A DNA stretch of 39,503 bases from an uncultured Clostridia bacterium (GCA_964482715.1 CAYZYX010000013.1:1-39503); one strand, 5' to 3'; numbered from the stretch's first letter, positions 17,828 through 30,513 are shown. The notes: generated by a model not told the origin, from the letters alone. Made by a program: numbers and translations.

Positions 17828-18640
17828 ATGAAGATTTTTTTAATGGCAGATCTGGAAGGAGCATCAGGAGTGGTTAATTTTAATCATCAGGCAAATCCTG
17901 ATGGCTTTTTATATGATGAGGCAAGAGATTACATGATTTCCGATGTAAATGCTGCAATCGAAGGAGCTCTGGAAGGAGGAGCTGATGAAGTTTTTGTTTT
18001 TGATATGCATTTTTATGGTTTGAATCTTGATCTTAACCAGCTTCATCCAAAAGCTCGACTAATTGCCGGAAAGCCTCGTAAGATTTATCCTTTGTGTAAG
18101 CTTGATAAAGATTTTAAAGGTTTAATAATGATTGGTTATCATGCCATGGCAAAGACAGAAGGAGGACTTCTAACCCACACCTACGATTACTCCATGAAAA
18201 AACTTTATCTGAATGGTATTCTCATGGGTGAGATAGGAATGGAGGCAGCAATTGCTGGATGCTATAAGGTTCCTCTCATCATGATAAGTGGAGATTCCAA
18301 AGCAATCCAAGAAGCAGAGCATTTACTTGGAAACCTTGAAAAAGCTGTGGTTAAATACTCCATAAATGAACATAGTGCTCTTTGTTTACCTGCCTCAGTG
18401 ACAAGAGAAATAATAAAGGAAGCTGCCAGAAGAGCTGTTCAGAGGATAGGGGAGTTTAAACCATTTTTGGTAAATCCTCCATATCGGATAGAGGTTGAGT
18501 TTTTTGATTTTAAAGATGTAGAAAAAGCTGAAAAAATCCCCGGGGTAAAAAGAGCAGGCAAACTGACCGTTGAGTTAAATGGAGATGATCTTCCTGCACT
18601 TTGGGAGAACTTCATCGGGGCCTATCAGGGTTATGAGTAA
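17828..18640 (+). CDS. M55-family D-aminopeptidase (DppA-like)
   Basis: MKIFLMADLEGASGV, DVNAAIEGA, DMH, GYHAMA, LTHT, GEIG and ISGD. Confidence 0.9.
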   Translation: MKIFLMADLEGASGVVNFNHQANPDGFLYDEARDYMISDVNAAIEGALEGGADEVFVFDMHFYGLNLDLNQLHPKARLIAGKPRKIYPLCKLDKDFKGLIMIGYHAMAKTEGGLLTHTYDYSMKKLYLNGILMGEIGMEAAIAGCYKVPLIMISGDSKAIQEAEHLLGNLEKAVVKYSINEHSALCLPASVTREIIKEAARRAVQRIGEFKPFLVNPPYRIEVEFFDFKDVEKAEKIPGVKRAGKLTVELNGDDLPALWENFIGAYQGYE

Positions 18641-18947
18641 GGAAATATTTGGAGTTAGCCTACCAGATTATCGGAGGCACAAAAATATCTTTGGGGATCA
18701 GATATTCCGGGAATTTTAGCGCATCCTATGGAGATAAGCATCCATTTATAGGGGTTCCCGATGGAAATTTGGATCTCCAATACTTCGTTTTTTAAAGAAG
18801 CTTATAGAGATCGGATTTCTCTCACCAGATAAGAAAGAAAAACCGGTTATAAGTTTTGAAATTCTTTCTCAGCCCGAGGAATCCCCGAAAGTCCTTCTTG
18901 CCGCCTCTAAAAGAATTTTTACCCAGGCCCTTCTTCAGATCCAATGA
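18633..18947 (+). pseudogene. Remnant of a TIM-barrel sugar-phosphate isomerase/epimerase-like gene (deleted and frameshifted)
   Basis: One frame reads SYGDKHPFIGVPDGNLDL (stop 18793-18795); another from ~18780 reads ILRFLKKLIEIGFLSPDKKEKPVISFEILSQPEESPKVLLAASKRIFTQALLQIQ* (stop 18945-18947). Joined, they resemble the C-terminus of that family. Confidence 0.6.
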
Positions 18948-18984
18948 ATTTCTCTTTTTAACATCAATTTTAATTCCAGATATA

Positions 18985-19013
18985 TTTACACTGATGACTG
19001 TTTTTAATATAAT
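18985..19013 (+). promoter_or_regulatory. Putative sigma70 promoter for the MFS pair
   Basis: TTTACA (18985-18990), 17 nt, TATAAT (19008-19013). Confidence 0.55.
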
Positions 19014-19045
19014 CTTAAGAAAATTTTTAGTTTGGAGATTTCAGA

Positions 19046-20181
19046 ATGCCGGTGATGGGAATCTTATTTTTTGCCCATTTTGTAAATGACTTTTATTCCC
19101 TACTGCTTCCAATTTTTATTCCCCTACTTATACGAGAGCTGAACATAAGTTACTTTTATGCAGGGGTTCTTGTTTCTGTGGTAGCCATAATTGGAGCTAT
19201 CCTTCAGTCCCCGGTTGGATATTGCGCCGACATTTATCGAAAAAGGGTTTTCTTTCTAACTGTTGGCTTCCTTTTTTATGCAACTGGAGCCATAGTTCTT
19301 GGATTAAGTAATAGATTTAGTTTTCTCTTGGGTTCTGCAATTTTAATTGGACTGGCCAGCACAACCTATCACCCCCAGAGCACAAATCTTATAACCAAAA
19401 AGTTCTACAGAAAAGGACAGGCTCTGGGTATTCATGGAGTTGGCGGGCAACTTGGCAGGTTTCTTTCACCAATTTTCATTGGTTGGCTTGTTTCAAAACT
19501 TCAGTGGAGAGTCGCGGCAATTTTTCTGATGCTTCCGGCAATGGTTGCCGTATTTTTATGCGGGTTTGGTTTAAAAGAACCCACTGAGAGAGGCGAGCCT
19601 GGACTGGTTAGAGCTATTACTCTTCCGATAATTTTTTTAATTTTAATCTTGGGTCTGAGAAGTGCCGTTTTTCAGGGGATTGTTTCTTTTCTCCCTTCCT
19701 TTCTCGTTGTTAAGGGCTCTTCAATTGACGTCGCCGGACTTTTAACCGGAATTATGCTGGGGATTGGCCTCATCTCTCAACCAATAGGAGGAGCTCTGGG
19801 AGATAGAGTCTCCAAGCCAAAAATAATATTTATTAGTCTCCTGGGACTCGCCATACTTTTTTTTCTTTTTCAATTTATTCTGCTCAGTTCCTCAGACCTT
19901 AATTACCCTTTCTTGATTTGCCTTCTTGTAGGAATAGGTTTTTGTATTTTTGTTACATTCCCCTTGGGGCTTGCACTTTCTGCTGAACTCAGTCCGGGTG
20001 AGAGGATAGGAACTTCCGTGGGAGCAGTTTCTGGTGGAGGAATGGTCCTTCCGGCCTTAATTTTACCAGTAGTTGGGCATCTTATAGATAATTATGATTT
20101 TCATACTGGATTTCTTTTTCTTGGAATACTGACCGTAGTGGCAACTATTGTTAGTATAGGTTATTTAAAGATGGACCCTCA

Positions 20182-20185
<4 letters not shown>
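19046..20185 (+). CDS. MFS transporter (Fsr-like)
   Basis: AHFVNDFY, QSPVGYCAD, YHP and GGALGDR motifs; ~12 hydrophobic segments. Confidence 0.88.
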
Positions 20186-22753
<2,568 letters not shown>

Positions 22754-22816
22754 TTATCTCCTCCTTACCAAGTAAGCTAATCCGGTCATGTTTTGGTTGG
22801 CTATTGTTTAGCTCTA

Positions 22817-23152
22817 TCAGTAAGTAACCTTATCTTCAGGAAGGTAGGGAGCCTTTATAAAGACAACTTTTACTTCGCCAGATGTATCATTTACAATATC
22901 GTGCTTCTCAGGTGGCTCTATTCTGAAAGCATCACCCTCCCGGACTCTGTATTCTACATCGTCAACGAGTATTTTTGGGGAGCCTTTGATAAAGTAGAAA
23001 GTTTCCTCTACTTGCCTGTGACCGTGCAGACCCATGTTTTGGCCAGGTTTTAAAAGAATCACGCCCCAATCAATTTTTGGGCCTCTCATTATGTATTTTA
23101 CTCCCCAATCTCCACCACGAAACTCACGTTCATTTTCGTTAACTTTTTGCAT
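22817..23152 (-). CDS. Cupin-domain protein
   Basis: LKPGQ..GLHGH..VEETFY..G and EGDAF.IEP.EKH cupin metal motifs. Confidence 0.88.
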   Translation of the reverse strand: MQKVNENEREFRGGDWGVKYIMRGPKIDWGVILLKPGQNMGLHGHRQVEETFYFIKGSPKILVDDVEYRVREGDAFRIEPPEKHDIVNDTSGEVKVVFIKAPYLPEDKVTY

Positions 23153-23163
23153 GAAGTGCTCCT

Positions 23164-24285
23164 TTATATCAATTTTTTCAAAATTTGTTGCAGTTCTTCA
23201 TCGGTCAGATATCGAGGATTTTTCTTCATACTACCACTTTCCCGGGACTCCTGTATCAGAGTGGGAATGTCTTTCTCTTTTATTTTCCACTCCTTTAGCG
23301 TGGGAGGGATACCCACTTTATCAAGAAGTTCCCTTATTGCCTGTGGAACATTTTTAGCATTTTTGACTTTTATTTTCTCGGCTATTTTTTCTATCTTTTC
23401 TTTTCGAACCTCAAGGTTAAGTTCCATAACCCATGGCAAAAGAACAGCGCAGGCAAGTCCATGAGGAATGTCATAATGAGCTCCCAGGGGATGGGCAAGT
23501 CCGTGAACTGCACCCAAACCAGAATTTGAAAAAGCCATGGCTGAGAGCAGACTTCCAAGAGCAACTTTTTCCCTTACTTCTATATCCTGGCCATTTTTTA
23601 CCGCTAAGGGGAGGTTAAAAAATAAAATCTCTATAGCCCTTAAAGCGAGAGTATCCGATACGGGATTTGGGTTTTTGGTAATGAAGGATTCTATAGCCTG
23701 GGTAAGAGCATCCATCCCTGCATGAGCGGTGAGGGATGGTGGACAAAAGATCGTGAGCTCGGGATCAATAAGAGCGACTTTGGCTATCATATGAGGACTT
23801 CGGATACTCTTTTTTATTTTTTTTGTCGTATTGGTCAACACGGCATTGTTGGTTATCTCAGCACCTGTTCCTGCAGTAGTTGGAACTGCTATAAAAGGGA
23901 GACCAGGCTCTTTTATTTCTTTTCCCTCGTGGTATTCTTCTACATTTCCTTCTTTAGGAGCAAGGCAGGCTATTGCTTTTCCGGCATCTATTGCACTACC
24001 ACCTCCAACAGAGATGACCATTGATACTTTTTCTTTTCGGGCTTTTTCTATTCCCCTGTTTACCGTTTGCAGGGATGGGTCATGTTCGACATCATCAAAG
24101 AGAACCGTGTTTAATCCACTGGAAGATAGCTGTTGCATAGTCTTGTCCAATACACCTGCTTTTCGCATGGCCTTTCGCCCTGTCACCAGGAGAATCTTTC
24201 TTCCAAAACGAGAAGCCTGCTCTGGAAGTCTGTTTAAACTACCCCGACCGAAAATAATCCTCTCAGGATACATAATGGTAAACAT
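23164..24285 (-). CDS. Iron-containing alcohol dehydrogenase
   Basis: GGGSAIDAGK, AVPTTAGTGAE, DALTQAIES, GAVHGLAH and PHGLACA. Confidence 0.93.
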   Translation of the reverse strand: MFTIMYPERIIFGRGSLNRLPEQASRFGRKILLVTGRKAMRKAGVLDKTMQQLSSSGLNTVLFDDVEHDPSLQTVNRGIEKARKEKVSMVISVGGGSAIDAGKAIACLAPKEGNVEEYHEGKEIKEPGLPFIAVPTTAGTGAEITNNAVLTNTTKKIKKSIRSPHMIAKVALIDPELTIFCPPSLTAHAGMDALTQAIESFITKNPNPVSDTLALRAIEILFFNLPLAVKNGQDIEVREKVALGSLLSAMAFSNSGLGAVHGLAHPLGAHYDIPHGLACAVLLPWVMELNLEVRKEKIEKIAEKIKVKNAKNVPQAIRELLDKVGIPPTLKEWKIKEKDIPTLIQESRESGSMKKNPRYLTDEELQQILKKLI

Positions 24286-24315
24286 TTTTCAACCTTTCAT
24301 CATAAATTTTTGGGT

Positions 24316-24909
24316 TTATTTTGGATAGCCAACAGGAAATATATAAAGAGGTTCATATTCTTCAGGGATTTCTATTGCCTTCTGGACCTCTCTGTCCCAG
24401 AAGGCACCAACAGGGACGGTAGCCAATCCCAAGGATTGAACCTGCAAACATATGTTTTGTCCACAGTGACCGGCCTCTATGTGAACATATCTTGCTCCCC
24501 TTTCTCCGTATTTCCAGGTGGTCCTTTCGGATTCAGCACAAATCACAATGACCACCGGTGCTTCAGAGATAAAAAATTGTCCAAGACAGGCATCCGCCAG
24601 TCTCGTGCTGAAATTGCCTTTTCTTACCATTTCCAGAGAATGCTTAAATGCATCATAGTAATAGATGCCAGGTTCAGTTCCACTAAGATTTTTCACAACA
24701 ACGTATATTTCTAAAGGATAAAGAGCACCAGCTGAAGGGCAACTTCTTCTTGAGTTTTCTCTTTCTGTTATTCCCTGAGCAGCCCAAAGTAGTTGAGATA
24801 CCTGTTTCAAAGACAAAGCTCTGGGAGAAAACTCACGAACAGATTGTCTCTTTTTAATTGCCTCTTCTAAAGATACTTCTCCCTTTTCCTGTGGTTGAGG
24901 AAGATTCAT
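24316..24909 (-). CDS. SagB/ThcOx-family nitroreductase-like flavoprotein
   Basis: RQSVREFS, LLWAAQGIT, PSAGALYPLEIY, KYGERG.RY..IEAGH.GQN and VGAF. Confidence 0.9.
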   Translation of the reverse strand: MNLPQPQEKGEVSLEEAIKKRQSVREFSPRALSLKQVSQLLWAAQGITERENSRRSCPSAGALYPLEIYVVVKNLSGTEPGIYYYDAFKHSLEMVRKGNFSTRLADACLGQFFISEAPVVIVICAESERTTWKYGERGARYVHIEAGHCGQNICLQVQSLGLATVPVGAFWDREVQKAIEIPEEYEPLYIFPVGYPK

Positions 24910-24915
24910 TTCTAT

Positions 24916-25452
24916 CTATCCTCCACACATCTTGTGGGGTTTGTAACCTGCTTCCAGGGCCTTCTGTTTTGTTTCAAAAATAACTCTGTTACTTTCTTTT
25001 ATCCTCTTTGCCTGAGGGCAGCCGGGTTCATGAAACAGCTTTGATTTTTTACTGGCAAGGTATTTATTAGAAGACTTTCTCTCCCTTGCCAGGATAGTTC
25101 CCTCCTCTTCCAGAATTTCACAGTCTATGCACATGAGAAGTTTTTTTCTTGCTCTCTTGGGTAAAGCGTCAAGAGAAACAAAAAGATAGGGAGCAGTTTT
25201 CTTAAATTTACTGACTTTTAGCCAACCAGCATTATGTGCTCCAACCACCAGTGCACCAATTATACCTTTCTCATCTTTGGCCAGCTTGCTCCAGGCCGGA
25301 GTTTTTCTCCTCTTCTTCCTGTCCACCATCTGGACTGTTTCTATCCTGCACCTTTTTCTTTCACCCCACTTATCCTTAAGCCACAATGTCTTTACCGCAA
25401 CGTATCTTTCTCCTACCATTAAAGAAGCTATACCCGAGTTTACCCATTTCAT
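24916..25452 (-). CDS. Hypothetical protein with C-terminal Ada-like metal-binding domain
   Basis: C-terminal YLASKKSKLFHEPGCPQAKRI..NRVIFETKQKALEAGYKPHKMC; the N-terminal ~125 aa are unrecognised. Confidence 0.7.
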   Translation of the reverse strand: MKWVNSGIASLMVGERYVAVKTLWLKDKWGERKRCRIETVQMVDRKKRRKTPAWSKLAKDEKGIIGALVVGAHNAGWLKVSKFKKTAPYLFVSLDALPKRARKKLLMCIDCEILEEEGTILARERKSSNKYLASKKSKLFHEPGCPQAKRIKESNRVIFETKQKALEAGYKPHKMCGG

Positions 25453-26606
25453 TTTTTGTTAGTTTCAAAAAAAGACACTATATCCTCAGGGTGAGGAGGA
25501 CATCCAGGTATATAATAACCAAGGTGCTTGTAGTTGCGGGTGCATGTTCCTATATTAACGAGTTTTCCTCTTATCTTTGGAGGAATGCGTACTGTTTGAC
25601 CAAAAATAAGATGATAACCCTTAAGCAGGTCCAGTTTGTTCTGTTCTTTTAAATTGCTTATCAGAGACTCCATGGTATGCCGACATCCACTGCAAGCACT
25701 ATCTTCCTCAATAAAAATTCCCATCGATTTAAATTCTTCAAAATTTAACTTTACTTGCTTAAATGGTCTTTTCACTTTCTCAAGTTTCTCTCCAACTACT
25801 TCAATTCTGGAAAGATCACCACAGCCAAGTCCATCTTGAGCGGCCAATCTAACATATTCGATACTATCTGGATTAATCCCCATTATTTCAGCAGCTACCA
25901 CATCAGCAGCTACTGTGTCTCTGGAAGCAATTATAATTCCCAGATTTACTGGAGTACCGTGAGTAGGTCCCAATCCTTCCATTGCGACTGTTCCATCTAA
26001 AATTGTAAGTTCAGGGTAAGCCAGTTTGTTAAGATCAACTATAGCTTCAGCCAGACCCCATTTATGGAATCTTTTTTTATCTCTTTCTTCAATAATTCCT
26101 TTCATATTTTTGAGTCCTAAAGTCGCCGGTAAAGCATCATGTGTTTTCATTACAGGAACATTTATCACCACATTAGCCTCCATCAGTATTCTGGGGACTT
26201 TAAGTCTGTGTAATACTCTTCCTCCCGGGATGGGAAGTGCTACTTTCTCAGCTTTTTTGAAATCAACAAGATCAACTTTTATTTCGGTTGCCATCTCCTT
26301 TATTCCTGTTTCTTCAAAAGCTTTTTGGGTACTGTATCCCACAGCAGAACCTTCACCTATGATTACTTTACCTGCTCCCTTTTCCCGGCAGATTACACAC
26401 AAAGCTTTTAGTAAAAGGAGGTTGGTGGTAATACCTGTTGTATAGTGGGCGGGCTTAATCAAATTGGGTTTGATTATTACTGTATCTCCGGGACATATAA
26501 GAGTCTCAAGTCCCCCGATCAAATCAAGTGCTTTTCTTAAGGTAAGATCAAGATCCTGCAGGCTATGGATATCCCTGCACTTAACTACAGAAACTATGGA
26601 CTTCAT
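25449..26606 (-). CDS. DUF362-domain protein with C-terminal Cys cluster (probable Fe-S protein)
   Basis: VIIKPN, INVPVMKTH, TLGLKNMKG, MEGLGP.HG, DTVAAD; C-terminal ACSGC, GTC and GCPP. Confidence 0.88.
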   Translation of the reverse strand: MKSIVSVVKCRDIHSLQDLDLTLRKALDLIGGLETLICPGDTVIIKPNLIKPAHYTTGITTNLLLLKALCVICREKGAGKVIIGEGSAVGYSTQKAFEETGIKEMATEIKVDLVDFKKAEKVALPIPGGRVLHRLKVPRILMEANVVINVPVMKTHDALPATLGLKNMKGIIEERDKKRFHKWGLAEAIVDLNKLAYPELTILDGTVAMEGLGPTHGTPVNLGIIIASRDTVAADVVAAEIMGINPDSIEYVRLAAQDGLGCGDLSRIEVVGEKLEKVKRPFKQVKLNFEEFKSMGIFIEEDSACSGCRHTMESLISNLKEQNKLDLLKGYHLIFGQTVRIPPKIRGKLVNIGTCTRNYKHLGYYIPGCPPHPEDIVSFFETNKK

Positions 26607-26615
26607 TTGATTTAA

Positions 26616-26870
26616 TTAATCAATGGGAATATCTTCCGCTTTTCTCTTTACAGGCCATCTAATTTCTATTAACCCCGGTCTTAAGAGTTTTGCCTTTATT
26701 TCCTCTTTTTTTACCTCTGGATTTATTTTTATTTTGAGTACATGTTCGGTCTCTGTCCGGGCGTATCTAACATTTCTGCTCCAACCATGCACTCCCCATC
26801 TGAAGGGTCCGATTCTAATGTCAAAATCTTCCCAGAAATCTTCAAATTCATCAAAAAAATTTCCCCTCAT
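26616..26870 (-). CDS. Small hypothetical protein, truncated Hsp20/alpha-crystallin-like
   Basis: FFDEFEDFWEDF N-terminus, PEVKKEEIK, GLIEIRWP and C-terminal IPI (I-X-I) motif; AGGAGG RBS before ATG 26870. Confidence 0.55.
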   Translation of the reverse strand: MRGNFFDEFEDFWEDFDIRIGPFRWGVHGWSRNVRYARTETEHVLKIKINPEVKKEEIKAKLLRPGLIEIRWPVKRKAEDIPID

Positions 26871-26886
26871 TTTACGCCTCCTCATA

Positions 26887-26914
26887 ATTATAGAAAAACA
26901 AAATCAACTGTCAA
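26887..26914 (-). promoter_or_regulatory. Sigma70 promoter for the leftward redox cluster
   Basis: Minus-strand TTGACA (26914-26909), 16 nt, TATAAT (26892-26887). Confidence 0.8.
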
Positions 26915-26921
26915 AAATATC

Positions 26922-27009
26922 TGTAGGTGAGATAAAACCTGTGCGAGGGCTCTTTTTTGTCCCGGGAGCCTGAAGCGAAAGGTACAGGTAAAAATTGTCC
27001 CAATGTCGG
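26922..27009 (+). repeat. Dispersed intergenic repeat family, copy 4
   Basis: GTGAGATAAAACCTGTGC...CCCGGGAGCCTGAAGCGAAAGGTACAGGTAAAAATTGTCCCAATGTC aligns end to end with copy 3. Confidence 0.9.
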
Positions 27010-27021
27010 GGGTAATTACGG

Positions 27022-27049
27022 TTGACAGGGGGGAAAAATTTGTTAGGAT
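27022..27049 (+). promoter_or_regulatory. Sigma70 promoter for the metG operon
   Basis: TTGACA (27022-27027), 16 nt, TAGGAT (27044-27049) with TGn extension. Confidence 0.65.
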
Positions 27050-27070
27050 TTCCCTCAAAGGAGAAGACAA

Positions 27071-28630
27071 ATGGATAAATTTTACATTACAACTCCTGTT
27101 TACTATGTTAACGATGTCCCTCACATAGGACATGCCTATACAACTATTGCTGCGGATGTGCTGGCCCGATACAGAAGGCTGTGTAAACAGGAGGTTTTCT
27201 TTCTTACGGGAACGGATGAACATGGAAACAAGATACTTCAGGCTGCCAGAGATAAAGGTATATCACCCAAAGAACTGGCCGACCAGATGGTGGAAAGGTT
27301 TAGAAATCTCTGGAAAAAATTAAATATCTCATATTCTTATTTTATCCGAACCACCGAGCCTCGCCATGCTCAGATTGTCCAGAATATTTTTTCAAAAATT
27401 TACCAGCGGGGTGACATTTACAAGGACAAATACAGTGGCTGGTACTGTATCCCCTGTGAGAGTTTCTGGCTTGAGTCTCAACTGGAAAAGGGGAAGTTCT
27501 GTCCGGAATGCAAAAGGGAAGTCACCCATGTTGAAGAAGACAGTTATTTCTTTCGTCTTTCCAGGTATCAGAAAAGGTTGCTGGATTTTTACGATTCTCA
27601 TCCCGACTTTGTTCTGCCAAAGAGTCGGATGAATGAGGTCGTAGAGTTTGTGAAGGGAGGTCTTAAAGACTTAAGTATCACACGTTTAAATCTTAAATGG
27701 GGTGTTCCCTGTCCTCTGGATAGCTATCACAGTATCTATGTCTGGGTTGATGCCTTAATTAACTATATTTCTGCCTTGGATTACTCCTTTAATGGGGAGA
27801 AATTTCGAAAATTCTGGCCTGCCGATATTCAACTTGTAGGAAAAGACATTTTGAGATTTCATGCCATCATCTGGCCAGCGTTACTTATGGCTCTTGAAGT
27901 GGAACCACCAAAAATGGTTTTTGCTCACGGCTGGTGGATGATAAAAGGGGAAAAGATGTCCAAGTCTAAAAAAAATGTTGTTGACCCTGAATGGATTGTC
28001 GATAAATTTGGACCGGATTACCTGAGATACTTTCTACTCCGTGAGGTTCCTTTTGGGGAAGATGGTAATTTTTCTCCTTTTCTTTTTATCAAGAGGGTAA
28101 ATAGTGACCTGGCCAATGACCTTGGTAATTTATTAAACCGTACCCTGACCTTGATTGAAAAGCATACTCGGGGAAAAATTCCCGTCCCTGGAGAAGAAAA
28201 CAGCCAGGATACCCAGCTTAGAACCGGAGTTGAGCAAAGGTTACCCGAAGTAATGGATAGTATGGAAAATCTCTCCCTTTCCCAGGCTCTATCCTTTATA
28301 TGGGAGATTGTTCGAGCAGCCAATTTATATCTGGATCGCTGTGCCCCCTGGCGATTAATGAAGGAAGGCGAAAGAGAAAGGGCTTTTACGGTTCTTTACA
28401 ATACACTGGAGGTGATACGTATTATCTGTATTCTGATTTTCCCTTTTCTTCCCAGAGGGGCTGAAGAAATGTGGAGGCAGCTGGGAATATCAGCAGAATT
28501 AAAAGACCAGAGATTACCTGAGGCCCTACAATGGGGAAATCTCCCTCCCGGGTTGGAGATCAAAAAAGGTCAACCTATTTTTCCACGCATAAAGGAAGAA
28601 GATTTTTATGAAACTGAAAGAGCAAATTAA
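27071..28630 (+). CDS. metG: Methionine--tRNA ligase (short form without C-terminal tRNA-binding domain)
   Basis: FYITTPVYYVN..PHIGH, GTDEHG, CxxC..CxxC knuckle, YVWVDAL and KMSKS. Confidence 0.97.
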   Translation: MDKFYITTPVYYVNDVPHIGHAYTTIAADVLARYRRLCKQEVFFLTGTDEHGNKILQAARDKGISPKELADQMVERFRNLWKKLNISYSYFIRTTEPRHAQIVQNIFSKIYQRGDIYKDKYSGWYCIPCESFWLESQLEKGKFCPECKREVTHVEEDSYFFRLSRYQKRLLDFYDSHPDFVLPKSRMNEVVEFVKGGLKDLSITRLNLKWGVPCPLDSYHSIYVWVDALINYISALDYSFNGEKFRKFWPADIQLVGKDILRFHAIIWPALLMALEVEPPKMVFAHGWWMIKGEKMSKSKKNVVDPEWIVDKFGPDYLRYFLLREVPFGEDGNFSPFLFIKRVNSDLANDLGNLLNRTLTLIEKHTRGKIPVPGEENSQDTQLRTGVEQRLPEVMDSMENLSLSQALSFIWEIVRAANLYLDRCAPWRLMKEGERERAFTVLYNTLEVIRIICILIFPFLPRGAEEMWRQLGISAELKDQRLPEALQWGNLPPGLEIKKGQPIFPRIKEEDFYETERAN

Positions 28631-29459
28631 CTTTATATTTGAAAAATATAATTTCTTCCCTCGAAAATCACTATCTCAAAATTTTTTGATTGATCCAAAA
28701 ATTCTCTCACGACTTATTGAAGAAATTAACCTGAAAGGACAGGATCTGGTTTTAGAAATTGGAGCAGGAACTGGAATTTTAACCTCTGAGCTGGCTTCCA
28801 GAGCCAGAAAGGTTTGGGCTGTGGAGATTGATGAGAAATTGTGCGAGATCTTAAAAGAAGAACTGGCAGAAAGTAGTAATTTAGAGATTATATGTGCCGA
28901 TGTGACCAAATTGTGTCTGGAAAAGTTTTTTCCTCAGGGTAAGAAGATCAAAGTTGTGGGCAATCTTCCCTATCACATTGCATCATGGCTTATGTTAGAG
29001 CTGGCCAGAAAATACTGGGTGGATCACATGGTATTTACCATTCAAAGAGAGGTTGCCGAAAAGATTACTGCTTCTCCAGGAAGTAAAAAAAGAGGAATGC
29101 TTACAGTCCTTTTAACCTATTATGCTGATGTGGAAAAAGTTATAGATATTCCTCCTCAGGCCTTTTATCCTTCTCCCAAGATAGGATCAACAGTTGTTAA
29201 AATCAGACCTAATAAGAAACTTCTGGCTCGAAACGAAAGGATTTTCATGCAAACAGTACGGGCTGCCTTCGCAAGTAGAAGAAAGACTTTGCTTAACGCT
29301 TTAACCAGGGGTCTGGGCATGTCCAGGGAAAATACAAGCAGGATCTTGATAAAAGCCAAAATCCCGGAGAATAAAAGGGCTGAACAGCTAAAATTGGAAG
29401 ATTTTATACGGTTAAGTAACTTAATTGAGGAGGGAAAAGTTGCCAGTTCCAGCTGTTGA
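28608..29459 (+). CDS. rsmA: 16S rRNA m6,2A dimethyltransferase
   Basis: SQNFL, LEIGAGTG, VEID, VGNLPY, QREVA and RRKTL.N. Confidence 0.96.
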   Translation: MKLKEQINFIFEKYNFFPRKSLSQNFLIDPKILSRLIEEINLKGQDLVLEIGAGTGILTSELASRARKVWAVEIDEKLCEILKEELAESSNLEIICADVTKLCLEKFFPQGKKIKVVGNLPYHIASWLMLELARKYWVDHMVFTIQREVAEKITASPGSKKRGMLTVLLTYYADVEKVIDIPPQAFYPSPKIGSTVVKIRPNKKLLARNERIFMQTVRAAFASRRKTLLNALTRGLGMSRENTSRILIKAKIPENKRAEQLKLEDFIRLSNLIEEGKVASSSC

Positions 29460-30513
29460 GTGGGAAAAAGGGAAAATTAAAATCATCGATCAGACTGAAT
29501 TGCCCCGTGAAGTAGTCTATCTTCATTTGAAAAGTATCCAGGAAGTTAGAGAAGCCATCTGTACTATGAAAATAAGGGGAGCACCTGCTCTGGGAGTGAT
29601 TGGTGCTCTGGGTGTAGCCATGGAAATCCAAAAATGTAAAGCCAGGGACTACTTAACTTTTAAAGAAGAACTGGAGAAGTTGTGTCGATTTTTAGAATCG
29701 TCAAGACCGACAGCTGTTAATCTTTCCTGGGCAATTGATAGAATCCGTCGCCGGGTAAAGGAAAGCCCTCATCTTTCAATCTTTGAGCTTAAAGCTGCTG
29801 TCGAAAGAGAGGCTTTGCGTATTTTGGAGGAGGATGTAAAATGTACCAGAGATCTGGGTGAGATAGGAGCTTCGCTTGTTGAAGATGGAGATGTTATTTT
29901 GACTCACTGCAATGCTGGAGCACTGGCCACGGCAGGTTATGGGACTGCACTCTCGGTAATTTACCGGGCGAAAGAGCAGGGAAAGAAGATTAAAGTTTTT
30001 GTTGACGAAACAAGACCCTTTCTTCAGGGAGCTCGGCTTACAGCCTGGGAGCTTACCCGGGAAAAGATCCCTGTCACCTTAATATGCGATAATATGGCTG
30101 GTAAAGTTATGCAGGAGGGGAAAATCAATAAGGTCATAGTTGGTGCAGATCGGGTATCCAGCAATGGTGACGTGGCTAATAAAATAGGAACTTACACTCT
30201 TGCTGTTCTGGCAAGAGAACATAAAATTCCCTTTTATGTAGCCTGCCCTTTGTCTACTATTGATTTTTCTATAAAATCTGGTGACGAGATACCTATAGAA
30301 ATAAGAGATAAGAGAGAAATCACTCACTTTTGTGGTAATAAAATTGTACCTGAAGGAATAGACGTTTATAATCCTGCCTTTGATGTCACCCCTTCTACAT
30401 ATATCTCAGCCATTATTACGGAAAAAGGGGTGATTTACCCTCCTTATAACCAGAACCTCTTAAAGCTGAAAGAAAATCATAAGGAGGAGGTTTATGGCAA
30501 AGAAGGTCATTGA
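29425..30513 (+). CDS. mtnA: S-methyl-5-thioribose-1-phosphate isomerase
   Basis: DQTELP, IRGAPA, SRPTAVNL, LTHCNAGALAT..YGTAL, ETRP.LQGARLT, GADR, NKIGT and NPAFDVTP. Confidence 0.95.
   Translation: MRREKLPVPAVEWEKGKIKIIDQTELPREVVYLHLKSIQEVREAICTMKIRGAPALGVIGALGVAMEIQKCKARDYLTFKEELEKLCRFLESSRPTAVNLSWAIDRIRRRVKESPHLSIFELKAAVEREALRILEEDVKCTRDLGEIGASLVEDGDVILTHCNAGALATAGYGTALSVIYRAKEQGKKIKVFVDETRPFLQGARLTAWELTREKIPVTLICDNMAGKVMQEGKINKVIVGADRVSSNGDVANKIGTYTLAVLAREHKIPFYVACPLSTIDFSIKSGDEIPIEIRDKREITHFCGNKIVPEGIDVYNPAFDVTPSTYISAIITEKGVIYPPYNQNLLKLKENHKEEVYGKEGH

Noticed and set aside
18856-19089. 77-aa ORF
   Set aside because: Off-frame overlap with the pseudogene remnant, the promoter and the MFS start; no recognisable motif.
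24316-24909. Azole-RiPP biosynthetic cluster suggested by the SagB-type domain
   Set aside because: No YcaO, E1-like protein or precursor peptide nearby; stand-alone SagB-type nitroreductases are common in anaerobes.
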